From an uncultured Planctomycetota bacterium (GTDB lineage: Bacteria > Planctomycetota > CAZGEP01), in NCBI GenBank assembly GCA_964524955.1, contig CAZGEP010000002.1, forward strand, positions 5,591 to 69,590: DNA of 64,000 nucleotides, read 5' to 3'. The first letter of the stretch is position 1. The number at the start of each line of letters is the position of its first letter. Made by a program: the position numbers and the translations under genes. Under the pieces are notes generated by a model, which was given only the letters and a program-made list of their open reading frames with translations, had not been told where the DNA came from and did not search any database. Shown here piece by piece: positions 63,820 to 64,000 of the stretch.

Positions 63820-64000
63820 GGAAAAAGAAAGACAACGGCGCATCCAGCAGCTCGCCCTGGCCGACGAGCAGGCCGAAACCATGCGGATTGTGGCCAAAAA
63901 AATTCTGATCGCTGACGATGAAGTCAGTACCCGGCTTGTTCTTCGAAAAAAAATCAATGAGAGCGGTTACAAGACCATTGAAGCCGCCAATGGAATTGAG
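63812..64000 (+). CDS. partial CDS (N-terminus): response-regulator receiver protein
   Basis: The ATG at 63812 overlaps the gyrB stop by 8 nt. Translates MSEEKERQRRIQQLALADEQAETMRIVAKKILIADDEVSTRLVLRKKINESGYKTIEAANGIE. The frame is open to the window edge. Confidence 0.6.
   Translation, partial: MSEEKERQRRIQQLALADEQAETMRIVAKKILIADDEVSTRLVLRKKINESGYKTIEAANGIE

Noticed and set aside
1-64000. CRISPR arrays, rRNA/tRNA genes, transposases, integrases and prophage genes
   Set aside because: No regularly spaced direct repeats, no rRNA/tRNA-like conserved strings, and no DDE, tyrosine or serine recombinase motifs were seen in any long ORF. The only repeat structures are the short families reported above.

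Overview
This 64-kb window looks like densely coded bacterial chromosome, about 50% GC, with most genes on the minus strand. All calls rest on motifs read by eye; no homology search was run. The gene content suggests a PVC-type anaerobe (Kiritimatiellota, Lentisphaerota, Verrucomicrobiota or Planctomycetota), but that is inference. It includes Cys-type sulfatases, Gfo/Idh/MocA oxidoreductases, ThuA, URO-D-like proteins, AraC regulators, FHA/Hanks kinases and squalene-hopene cyclase. Housekeeping blocks are parAB with two consensus parS sites, accBC-efp-pepP, shc/inositol-phosphate synthase/guaA, nusB-ribH-ribBA, aspS, hisS, scpA and dnaN-DUF721-gyrB. I found no rRNA, tRNA, CRISPR array, transposase or integrase. 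The most unusual locus is 15.3-28.5 kb. It holds a 3008-aa secreted protein whose M6 (InhA-like) HEFGH metalloprotease signature is separated from its N-terminal M6-like segment by about 1400 aa. That interval and the rest of the protein carry many canonical 12-residue EF-hand-type calcium loops. Two smaller secreted proteins follow it, and all three end in the same short G-x-G-C-F-[IV] tail, which has no room for a membrane helix. This may be an undescribed C-terminal sorting or processing tag. Other points of interest are a 173-bp MITE-like palindromic element, a family of short T-rich intergenic repeats, and a decayed islet downstream of guaA containing a frameshifted glycosidase remnant. 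There is also a 57-nt perfect hairpin, an orphan rnfB-rnfC pair and a wHTH plus nucleotidyltransferase gene pair.
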